A DNA stretch of 7,703 nt from the IMG/VR virus record IMGVR_UViG_2778261465_000006; one strand, given 5' to 3'. Positions within the stretch are counted from its first letter, which is position 1; each line of letters begins with the position of its first letter. The position numbers were made by a program, and so were the translations under genes. Below are positions 1 to 5,666 of this stretch, piece after piece. The notes below the pieces were generated by a model. It made no database searches. It saw only the letters and a list, made by a program, of their open reading frames with translations, and was not told the origin of the DNA. The DNA is from a virus. Its lineage: Duplodnaviria; Heunggongvirae; Uroviricota; Caudoviricetes.

Positions 1-61
1 CGTGATGCGTTTTAATGATTTTGTAATTTTCGTATTTGATAATTGTATGATGCTTTCAGCT

Positions 62-95
62 ACGCCAGAATAATCGCGGCGTTTTTCTTTTTGAA
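62..95 (+). terminator. Candidate intrinsic terminator upstream of the lysis cassette (tR'-like or end of an upstream gene)
   Basis: Stem acgcc (62-66) / ggcgt (78-82) with an 11-nt loop, followed by tttttcttttt. Weak stem, so low confidence. Confidence 0.25.
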
Positions 96-187
96 TAGAT
101 GTTCAAGCCTTACGCTAATGTAACTTCTATACCTTTCCTCTTCGTTCCGAACCGTGTACACCATCCGTTATTTGCGGAGGTGAGGCT

Positions 188-403
188 ATGAAATCCATGG
201 ATAAGTTAACAACGGGCATTGCCTACGGCACCTCCGCAGGCAGTGCTGGCTACTGGTTTTTACAGCTGCTCGATAAAGTCACGCCCTCACAGTGGGCAGC
301 AATAGGTGTGCTGGGTAGCTTGGTATTTGGCCTGCTGACGTACCTGACAAACCTTTATTTCAAGATTAAAGAAGATAAGCGCAAGGCTGCGAGAGGTGAA
401 TAA
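188..403 (+). CDS. essD: Class II holin / pinholin (phage 21 S21 / EssD family), 71 aa, with dual-start motif
   Basis: ORF begins MKSMDK (Met1-Lys2-Ser3-Met4 dual start giving antiholin 71 and holin 68). Two hydrophobic helices ([15 protein letters not shown]; [17 protein letters not shown]) and a charged C-tail. Strong SD GGAGGTGAGG upstream. Stop overlaps the next start (TAATG). Confidence 0.9.
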   Translation: MKSMDKLTTGIAYGTSAGSAGYWFLQLLDKVTPSQWAAIGVLGSLVFGLLTYLTNLYFKIKEDKRKAARGE

Positions 404-900
404 TGCCTCCATCATTACGAAAAGCCGTTGCTGCTGCTATTGGTGGCGGAGCAATTGCTATAGCATCAGTGTTAATCACTGGCCCAAGTGGTAACGATGG
501 TCTGGAAGGTGTCAGCTACATACCATACAAAGATATCGTTGGCGTATGGACTGTATGTCACGGGCATACAGGAAAAGACATCATTCCCGGTAAAACGTAT
601 ACCGAAGCAGAATGCAAAGCCCTCCTGAATAAAGACCTTGCCACGGTAGCCAGACAAATTAACCCGTACATCAAAGTCGATATACCGGAAACAACGCGCG
701 GCGCTCTTTACTCGTTCGTCTATAACGTGGGCGCAGGCAATTTCAGAACATCTACTCTTCTTCGCAAAATAAACCAGGGCGATATCAAGGGCGCATGTGA
801 CCAGCTACGTCGCTGGGCATACGCTGGCGGTAAGCAATGGAAAGGCCTGATGACTCGTCGTGAGATTGAGCGTGAGGTCTGTTTGTGGGGGCAACAATGA
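403..900 (+). CDS. rrrD: SAR (signal-anchor-release) endolysin, T4-lysozyme-like GH24 muramidase, 165 aa
   Basis: N-terminal Gly/Ala-rich weakly hydrophobic SAR segment ([20 protein letters not shown]). Catalytic triad spacing E35...D44...T50 as in phage 21 R. Start overlaps holin stop; stop overlaps Rz start (ATGA). Confidence 0.9.
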   Translation: MPPSLRKAVAAAIGGGAIAIASVLITGPSGNDGLEGVSYIPYKDIVGVWTVCHGHTGKDIIPGKTYTEAECKALLNKDLATVARQINPYIKVDIPETTRGALYSFVYNVGAGNFRTSTLLRKINQGDIKGACDQLRRWAYAGGKQWKGLMTRREIEREVCLWGQQ

Positions 901-1364
901 GCAGGGTAACCGCGATTATCTCCGCTCTGGTTATCTGCATCATCGTCTGCCTGTCATGGGCTGTTAATCATTACCGTGATAATGCAATCGCCTACAAAGA
1001 ACAGCGCGATAACAAGGCCAGTGAACTGGAGAAGGCGAACGCCACCATTACTGACATGCAGCAGCGCCAGCGTGATGCTGATGCACTCGATGATAAATAC
1101 ACGAAGGAGTTAGCTGATGCGAAAGCTGAAAATGATGCTCTTCGGCGCAAGCTTGATAATGGTGGTCGGGTGCTCGTCAAAGGAAAATGCCCTGTGCCAT
1201 CCTCAGCCGAAACCTCCAGCGCCTCCGGCATGGGCAATGATGCCACCGTCGAACTCTCTCCAGTTGCTGGACGAAACGTTCTCGGTATCCGGGACGGAAT
1301 TATCCGCGACCAAACAGCACTGAGAACGCTTCAGGAATACATCAGGACGCAATGCCTTCGATGA
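897..1364 (+). CDS. rzpD: Rz i-spanin (inner-membrane spanin subunit), about 155 aa
   Basis: Start ATG at 897 overlaps endolysin stop. N-terminal TM helix ([18 protein letters not shown]), coiled-coil-like periplasmic domain, embedded Rz1 in the +1 frame. The track ORF from 885 uses an upstream GTG; ATG 897 is preferred. Confidence 0.85.
   Translation: MSRVTAIISALVICIIVCLSWAVNHYRDNAIAYKEQRDNKASELEKANATITDMQQRQRDADALDDKYTKELADAKAENDALRRKLDNGGRVLVKGKCPVPSSAETSSASGMGNDATVELSPVAGRNVLGIRDGIIRDQTALRTLQEYIRTQCLR
1117..1323 (+). CDS. rzoD: Rz1 o-spanin (outer-membrane lipoprotein), embedded in Rz in the +1 frame, 68 aa
   Basis: MRKLKMML start as in lambda Rz1. Lipobox VVGC. Pro-rich mature region ([11 protein letters not shown]). 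SD AAGGAG 7 nt upstream of ATG 1117. Confidence 0.85.
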   Translation: MRKLKMMLFGASLIMVVGCSSKENALCHPQPKPPAPPAWAMMPPSNSLQLLDETFSVSGTELSATKQH

Positions 1365-1538
1365 TAGCGATAATTTTACTCATCATCCTTCACATCTGGC
1401 TCTGTAGACAGGGTGGTGCTCACTTCTGGAGTGAATCCAGATTAAACATCTCATTGCTGATGCTTGATATTGAGCATTTTGCGCGCGGTAAGGGGCTGCG
1501 TTGAGATAAGAACCAGTCATTACAAATACCAGGATTTA

Positions 1539-1561
1539 GCCTCGCATTCGCGGGGCTTTTT
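1539..1561 (+). terminator. Rho-independent terminator downstream of Rz/Rz1
   Basis: Stem gcctcgc (1539-1545) / gcggggc (1550-1556), 7 bp with one G-U pair; loop attc; followed by ttttt (1557-1561) then att. Confidence 0.6.
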
Positions 1562-1573
1562 ATTGCCATTACA

Positions 1574-1603
1574 AAAGCCACTTCCTACAGAGTGGCTTTG
1601 ATA
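1574..1603 (-). terminator. Candidate terminator for the minus-strand accessory operon
   Basis: Perfect 9-bp inverted repeat aaagccact (1574-1582) / agtggcttt (1591-1599) with an 8-nt loop. On the minus strand the stem is followed by UUUUGUAAU. Lies downstream of the minus-strand ORFs. Confidence 0.4.
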
Positions 1604-1645
1604 ATGGTTTATACCCTACACGGGATAACTTAACTGATATCCCTT

Positions 1646-1810
1646 TTAAAGGATAAAGGTATTCAAGCCTGACACATCATGCGCTGTATCGTCGCCGTAT
1701 TCCCGTATTAACAGAGACCGTAGCCCGACGGGGAACTCCTTCTGCGCGAGTGTGCGGGAATAATCAAAAACGATGCACACCGGGGTTACCGGGTACACAT
1801 ATTTCATCAT
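1646..1810 (-). CDS. Possible small ORF (54 aa, MMKYVYPVTPVCIVFDYSRTLAQKEFPVGLRSLLIREYGDDTAHDVSGLNTFIL), hypothetical
   Basis: Below the 60-aa track cutoff; found by manual translation. Sits where bor lies in lambda/DLP12 but is not Bor-like. No convincing SD. In frame with ybcV beyond its stop codon. Could be a gene remnant. Confidence 0.2.
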   Translation of the reverse strand: MMKYVYPVTPVCIVFDYSRTLAQKEFPVGLRSLLIREYGDDTAHDVSGLNTFIL

Positions 1811-1855
1811 GCCAGCGAGTCCGGTTCTGGCACGGAAGAAACCGGACGTTATGAT

Positions 1856-2266
1856 TTAGTGCGGAAATATTTGTGTAGTGTTCTGAATGTTCTCAGTAAA
1901 GAGTAATGAATTATCAAAGGTATAGTAATACCTTTTGTTTTCGTGGATATTTGTAATCCATCTGAAAACCCCTGCTGTAGCAAGATTTTTCCTGTATTCG
2001 TAAAATGATAACTCTCCTGATTTGAATCCTTTTAAGGTGGCTTCTATAAGGCATTTATTTTTTGAAAATCTTACATTTACAACCTTACCCTGTCCTTTTA
2101 TTAAAACCGTATTATCGTTTTCAAGAACAAGATGAATATTCTCTGTAGCTAAATAGTAAATGTAATGTGAGACATTGTGACGTTTTAGTTCAGAATAAAA
2201 CCAGTGATAGTTTAAATTATTTCGCACTTTATCGAATATTTGTTTAAAAATGGCAACCTGAGCCAT
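1856..2266 (-). CDS. ybcV: DUF1398 family protein (YbcV/YdfO-like prophage accessory protein), 136 aa from the second Met
   Basis: Translation [16 protein letters not shown]...[25 protein letters not shown] matches my recollection of DLP12 YbcV and Qin YdfO. SD-like GGAAGG 7 nt upstream of ATG at 2266. The track ORF begins 5 codons earlier at 2281. Confidence 0.8.
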   Translation of the reverse strand: MAQVAIFKQIFDKVRNNLNYHWFYSELKRHNVSHYIYYLATENIHLVLENDNTVLIKGQGKVVNVRFSKNKCLIEATLKGFKSGELSFYEYRKNLATAGVFRWITNIHENKRYYYTFDNSLLFTENIQNTTQIFPH

Positions 2267-2322
2267 TGTAGTACCTTCCATGTGATATGAGGGGCGTAGT
2301 CTGCACGATTATCTAAATTGCT

Positions 2323-2556
2323 TCAATCTGGTCTGATCTGTTTTCTGAGCAATTCAGTAATGTCACTCTTTTCTTTGTTTGCTTCAGGAGAAACTCTTTT
2401 TTCTGAGCACAGTCTCCGGCGGCAGGCTTCAATGACCCAGGCTGAGAAATTCCCGGACCCTTTTTGATCAAGAGCGATGTTAATTTGTTCAATCATTTGG
2501 TTAGGAAAGCGGATGTTGCGGATTGTTGTTCTGCGGGTTCTGTTCTTCGTTGACAT
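2323..2556 (-). CDS. ylcI: Small ribbon-helix-helix (Arc/MetJ/CopG-type) DNA-binding protein, YlcI/DUF3950-like, 77 aa
   Basis: RHH signature: basic N-terminus, beta-strand IRNIRF, helix A MIEQINIALDQ, G-x-S/N turn (KGSGNFS), helix B AWVIEACRRRL, then a charged C-tail. Located immediately upstream of cos/nu1 on the opposite strand, as I recall for ylcI in DLP12. The symbol is tentative. Confidence 0.6.
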   Translation of the reverse strand: MSTKNRTRRTTIRNIRFPNQMIEQINIALDQKGSGNFSAWVIEACRRRLCSEKRVSPEANKEKSDITELLRKQIRPD

Positions 2557-2755
2557 GAGGTTGTCCCGTATTTAGTGTCGCTGATTTGTATTGTCTGAAG
2601 TTGTTTTTACGTTAAGTTGATGCAGATCAATTAATATGATACCTGCGTCATAATTGATTATTTGACGTGGTTTGATGGCGTAGATGCACGTTGTGACATG
2701 CAGATGATAATTATTATCATTTTGCAGGTCCTTTCCGGCGATCCGACAGGTTACG

Positions 2756-2767
2756 GGGCGGCGACCT
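2756..2767 (+). other. cosN 12-nt cohesive-end segment GGGCGGCGACCT (terminase nick sites flank it)
   Basis: Exact lambda cohesive-end sequence, directly visible. Confidence 0.85.
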
Positions 2768-2805
2768 CGCGGGTTTTCGCTATTTATGAAAAATTTCCGG
2801 TTTAA

Positions 2806-2916
2806 GGCGTTTCCGTTCTTCTTCGTCATAACTTAATGTTTTTATTTAAAATACCCTCTGAAAAGAAAGGAAACGACAGGTGCTGAAAGCGAGCTTTTTG
2901 GCCTCTGTCGTTTCCT
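2806..2916 (+). promoter_or_regulatory. cosB small-terminase binding repeats R3 (2808-2814), R2 (2869-2879, inverted), R1 (2905-2915), with an AT-rich IHF-like spacer
   Basis: Heptamer CGTTTCC occurs at 2808-2814 and 2909-2915, and inverted as GGAAACG at 2869-2875. R2 ggaaacgacag is the exact reverse complement of R1 ctgtcgtttcc. The arrangement matches the lambda R3-I1-R2-R1 layout. Confidence 0.7.
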
Positions 2917-2944
2917 TTCTCTGTTTTTGTCCGTGGAATGAACA

Positions 2945-3490
2945 ATGGAAGTCAACAAAAAGCAGCTGGCTGACATTTTCGGTGCGAGTATCCGTACCAT
3001 TCAGAACTGGCAGGAACAGGGAATGCCCGTTCTGCGAGGCGGTGGCAAGGGTAATGAGGTGCTTTATGACTCTGCCGCCGTCATAAAATGGTATGCCGAA
3101 AGGGATGCTGAAATTGAGAACGAAAAGCTGCGCCGGGAGGTTGAAGAACTGCGGCAGGCCAGCGAGGCAGATCTCCAGCCAGGAACTATTGAGTACGAAC
3201 GCCATCGACTTACGCGTGCGCAGGCCGACGCACAGGAACTGAAGAATGCCAGAGACTCCGCTGAAGTGGTGGAAACCGCATTCTGTACTTTCGTGTTGTC
3301 GCGGATCGCAGGTGAAATTGCCAGTATTCTCGACGGGCTCCCCCTGTCGGTGCAGCGGCGTTTTCCGGAACTGGAAAACCGACATGTTGATTTCCTGAAA
3401 CGGGATATTATCAAAGCCATGAACAAAGCAGCCGCGCTGGATGAACTGATACCGGGGTTGCTGAGTGAATATATCGAACAGTCAGGTTAA
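2945..3490 (+). CDS. nu1: Terminase small subunit (lambda gpNu1 / NohD family), 181 aa, apparently intact
   Basis: Translation MEVNKKQLADIFGASIRTIQNWQEQGMPVLRGGGKGNEVLYDSAAVIKWYAERD... matches lambda Nu1 essentially residue-for-residue by recollection. Gene A start lies inside its 3' end, as in lambda. Confidence 0.92.
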   Translation: MEVNKKQLADIFGASIRTIQNWQEQGMPVLRGGGKGNEVLYDSAAVIKWYAERDAEIENEKLRREVEELRQASEADLQPGTIEYERHRLTRAQADAQELKNARDSAEVVETAFCTFVLSRIAGEIASILDGLPLSVQRRFPELENRHVDFLKRDIIKAMNKAAALDELIPGLLSEYIEQSG

Positions 3491-3698
3491 CAGGCTGCGG
3501 CATTTTGTCCGCGCCGGGCTTCGCTCACTGTTCAGGCCGGAGCCACAGACCGCCGTTGAATGGGCGGATGCTAATTACTATCTCCCGAAAGAATCCGCAT
3601 ACCAGGAAGGGCGCTGGGAAACACTGCCCTTTCAGCGGGCCATCATGAATGCGATGGGCAGCGACTACAGCCGTACTGGATGCACTGGAGAAGCATGA
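3465..3698 (+). pseudogene. A: Terminase large subunit gpA, N-terminal fragment (first 68 codons) joined out of frame to gene U sequence
   Basis: MNISNSQVNRLRHFVRAGLRSLFRPEPQTAVEWADANYYLPKESAYQEGRWETLPFQRAIMNAMGSDY matches the lambda A N-terminus. After codon 68 (3666-3668) the sequence is gene U read out of frame, stopping at 3696-3698. The ATPase and nuclease domains are absent. Confidence 0.85.
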
Positions 3699-4041
3699 CA
3701 CCGGGGCGACGCTTTTTGATGGTCGCCCCGCTGTTTTTGATGAGGCGGATTTTCCGGCAATTGCCGTTTATCTCACCGGCGCTGAATACACGGGCGAAGA
3801 GCTGGACAGTGATACCTGGCAGGCGGAGCTGCATATTGAAGTTTTCCTGCCTGCTCAGGTGCCGGATTCAGAGCTGGATTCGTGGATGGAGTCCCGGATT
3901 TATCCGGTGATGAGCGATGTCCCGGCACTGTCAGATTTGATCACCAGTATGGTGGCCAGTGGCTATGACTACCGGCGCGACGATGATGCGGGCCTGTGGA
4001 GTTCAGCCGATCTGACTTATGTCATTACCTATGAAATGTGA
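3649..4041 (+). pseudogene. U: Tail terminator protein gpU lacking its first 8 codons (U-derived from about 3670); an in-frame ATG at 3649 is supplied by gene A sequence
   Basis: AVLDALEKHDTGATLFDGRPAVFDE...[11 protein letters not shown] matches lambda U residues 9-131. The N-terminal MRWAATT is A-gene sequence read in the U frame. Confidence 0.8.
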
Positions 4042-4048
4042 GGACGAT

Positions 4049-4531
4049 ATGCCTGTACCAAATCCAGTAATGCCGGTGAAAGGGGCCGGGACCACACTGT
4101 GGGTTTATAAGGGGAACGGTGACCCTTATGCGAACCCGCTTTCAGACGTTGACTGGTCGCGTCTGGCTAAAGTTAAAGACCTGACGCCCGGCGAACTGAC
4201 CGCTGAGTCCTATGACGACAGCTATCTCGATGATGAAGATGCGGACTGGACTGCGACCGGGCAGGGGCAGAAATCTGCCGGAGATACCAGCTTCACGCTG
4301 GCGTGGATGCCCGGAGAGCAGGGGCAGCAGGCGCTGCTGGCGTGGTTTAATGAAGGGGATACCCGTGCCTATAAAATCCGCTTCCCGAACGGCACGGTCG
4401 ATGTGTTCCGCGGCTGGGTCAGCAGTATCGGTAAGGCGGTGACGGCGAAGGAAGTGATCACCCGCACGGTGAAAGTCACCAACGTGAGACGTCCGTCGAT
4501 GGCAGAAGATCGCAGCACGGTAACAGCGGCA
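4049..4531 (+). pseudogene. V: Major tail protein gpV, truncated after about codon 161 and joined out of frame to K sequence (the ORF runs on to 4681 in the wrong frame)
   Basis: [22 protein letters not shown]...[11 protein letters not shown] matches lambda V. Downstream residues ([12 protein letters not shown]...) are gene K read out of frame. SD GAGGA upstream of ATG 4049. Confidence 0.85.
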
Positions 4532-4809
4532 ATCTGGAGGCCACAGGGCTGTATCAGGTGCCGTTGTCAGCGGCGCAGCCGGGCGATGTGCTGCTGTGCT
4601 GTTTTGGTTCATCGGTGCCGAATCATGCCGCCATTTACTGTGGTGATGGCGAGCTGCTGCACCATATTCCTGAACAACTGAGCAAACGAGAGAGGTATAC
4701 CGACAAATGGCAGCGACGCACACACTCCCTCTGGCGTCATCGGGCATGGCACGCATCTGCCTTTACGGGGATTTGCAACGATTTGGCCGCCGCATCGATC
4801 TTCGTGTGA
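4531..4809 (+). pseudogene. K: Tail tip assembly protein gpK, C-terminal fragment of about 92 codons (NlpC/P60-like region), no start codon of its own
   Basis: Frame-1 translation [70 protein letters not shown]... matches the lambda K C-terminus. Confidence 0.8.
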
Positions 4810-5378
4810 AAACGGGGGCTGAAGCTATCCGGGCGCTGGCCACACAGCTCCCGGCGTTTCGTCAGAAACTGAGCGACGGCTGGTATCAGGTACGGATTGC
4901 CGGGCGGGATGTCAGCACGTCCGGATTAACGGCGCAGTTACATGAGACTCTGCCTGATGGCGCTGTGATTCATATTGTTTCCAGAGTCGCCGGGGCCAAG
5001 TCAGGTGGTGTATTCCAGATTGTCCTGGGAGCTGCCGCCATTGCCGGATCATTCTTTACTGCCGGAGCCACCCTTGCAGCATGGGGGGCAGCCATTGGGG
5101 CCGGTGGTATGACCGGCATCCTGTTTTCTCTCGGTGCCAGTATGGTGCTCGGTGGTGTGGCGCAGATGCTGGCACCGAAAGCCAGAACTCCCCGTACACA
5201 GACAACGGATAACGGCAAACAGAACACCTATTTTTCCTCACTGGATAACATGGTTGCTCAGGGCAATGTTCTGCCTGTTCTGTACGGTGAAATGCGTGTG
5301 GGGTCGCGGGTGGTTTCTCAGGAGATCAGCACGGCAGACGAAGGGGACGGTGGTCAGGTTGTGGTGATTGGTCGCTGA
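4707..5378 (+). CDS. I: Tail assembly protein gpI, 223 aa, full length
   Basis: MAATHTLPLASSGMARICLYGDLQRFGRRIDLRVKTGAEAIRALATQLPAFRQKLSDGWYQVRIAGRD... matches lambda I over its full length. Start overlaps the end of the K fragment, as in lambda. Confidence 0.88.
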   Translation: MAATHTLPLASSGMARICLYGDLQRFGRRIDLRVKTGAEAIRALATQLPAFRQKLSDGWYQVRIAGRDVSTSGLTAQLHETLPDGAVIHIVSRVAGAKSGGVFQIVLGAAAIAGSFFTAGATLAAWGAAIGAGGMTGILFSLGASMVLGGVAQMLAPKARTPRTQTTDNGKQNTYFSSLDNMVAQGNVLPVLYGEMRVGSRVVSQEISTADEGDGGQVVVIGR

Positions 5379-5396
5379 TGCAAAATGTTTTATGTG

Positions 5397-5420
5397 AAAC
5401 CGCCTCCGGGCGGTTTTGTC
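5397..5420 (+). terminator. Terminator-like hairpin in the I-J intergenic region
   Basis: Stem aaaccgcc (5397-5404) / ggcggttt (5409-5416), loop tccg, followed by tgtcgttt. The U-tract is partly inside the stem, so function is uncertain. Confidence 0.3.
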
Positions 5421-5438
5421 GTTTATGGAGCATGACGA

Positions 5439-5666
5439 ATGGGTAAAGGCAGCAGTAAGGGGCATACCCCGCGCGAAGCGAAGGATAACCTGAAATCCAC
5501 GCAGCTGCTGAGTGTGATCGATGCCATCAGCGAAGGGCCGATTGAAGGTCCGGTGGATGGATTAAAAAGCGTGCTGCTGAACAGTACACCGGTGCTGGAC
5601 AGTGATTCCCGCCGTCACATGCCGGGACCATCACCGTGTATGAAGATTCCCGACCCGGTACGCTGA
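5439..5666 (+). pseudogene. J: Tail tip/host-specificity protein gpJ, N-terminal fragment (about 54 codons) joined out of frame to stf sequence
   Basis: MGKGSSKGHTPREAKDNLKSTQLLSVIDAISEGPIEGPVDGLKSVLLNSTPVLD matches the lambda J N-terminus. The following SDSRRHMPGPSPCMKIPDPVR is stf sequence read out of frame. More than 1000 codons of J are missing. Confidence 0.85.

Larger units (their letters stand above)
2700..2930 (+). other. Lambda-type cohesive-end packaging site (cos: cosQ region, cosN, cosB)
   Basis: Sequence ...ccggcgatccgacaggttacg|gggcggcgacctcgcgggttttcgc... matches the joined right and left ends of lambda as I recall them. Sits immediately upstream of nu1. Confidence 0.85.

Noticed and set aside
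1-187. Late promoter pR' / qut site upstream of the holin
   Set aside because: Only weak -35/-10-like hexamers can be picked out (for example TTGAAT at 92-97), and there is no recognisable Q gene or qut context within the window, so a promoter cannot be supported from this sequence.
472-1246. Antisense ORFs 472..657 (-) and 992..1246 (-) inside the endolysin and Rz genes
   Set aside because: They lie wholly within well-supported lysis genes on the opposite strand, have no recognisable features, and are typical spurious antisense ORFs.
1365-1855. Searched for a bor (serum-resistance lipoprotein) gene between Rz and ybcV, where it lies in lambda and DLP12
   Set aside because: No ORF in either strand encodes a Bor-like lipoprotein (no MKK...LLITGC signal peptide and lipobox). 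The only ORF is the unrelated 54-aa candidate.
2572-2829. ORF 2572..2829 (-), 85 aa, spanning the cos site
   Set aside because: It overlaps cosQ, cosN and cosB, which are conserved as DNA elements. The translation is low-complexity and AT-driven with no domain signature, so it is probably non-coding.
2846-3426. ORFs 2846..3385 (-), 3064..3426 (-) and 2880..3086 (+) overlapping nu1 and cosB
   Set aside because: nu1 is lambda-like along its whole length in the other frame and strand; these are shadow ORFs.
3643-5465. Overlapping ORFs in the tail-gene region (3643..3834 -, 3680..3910 +, 4142..4756 -, 4212..4442 +, 4970..5227 -, 5056..5241 -, 5134..5367 +, 5238..5465 -)
   Set aside because: They are alternative-frame or antisense ORFs within sequence explained by U, V, K and I homology; GC-rich phage tail genes commonly produce such open frames.
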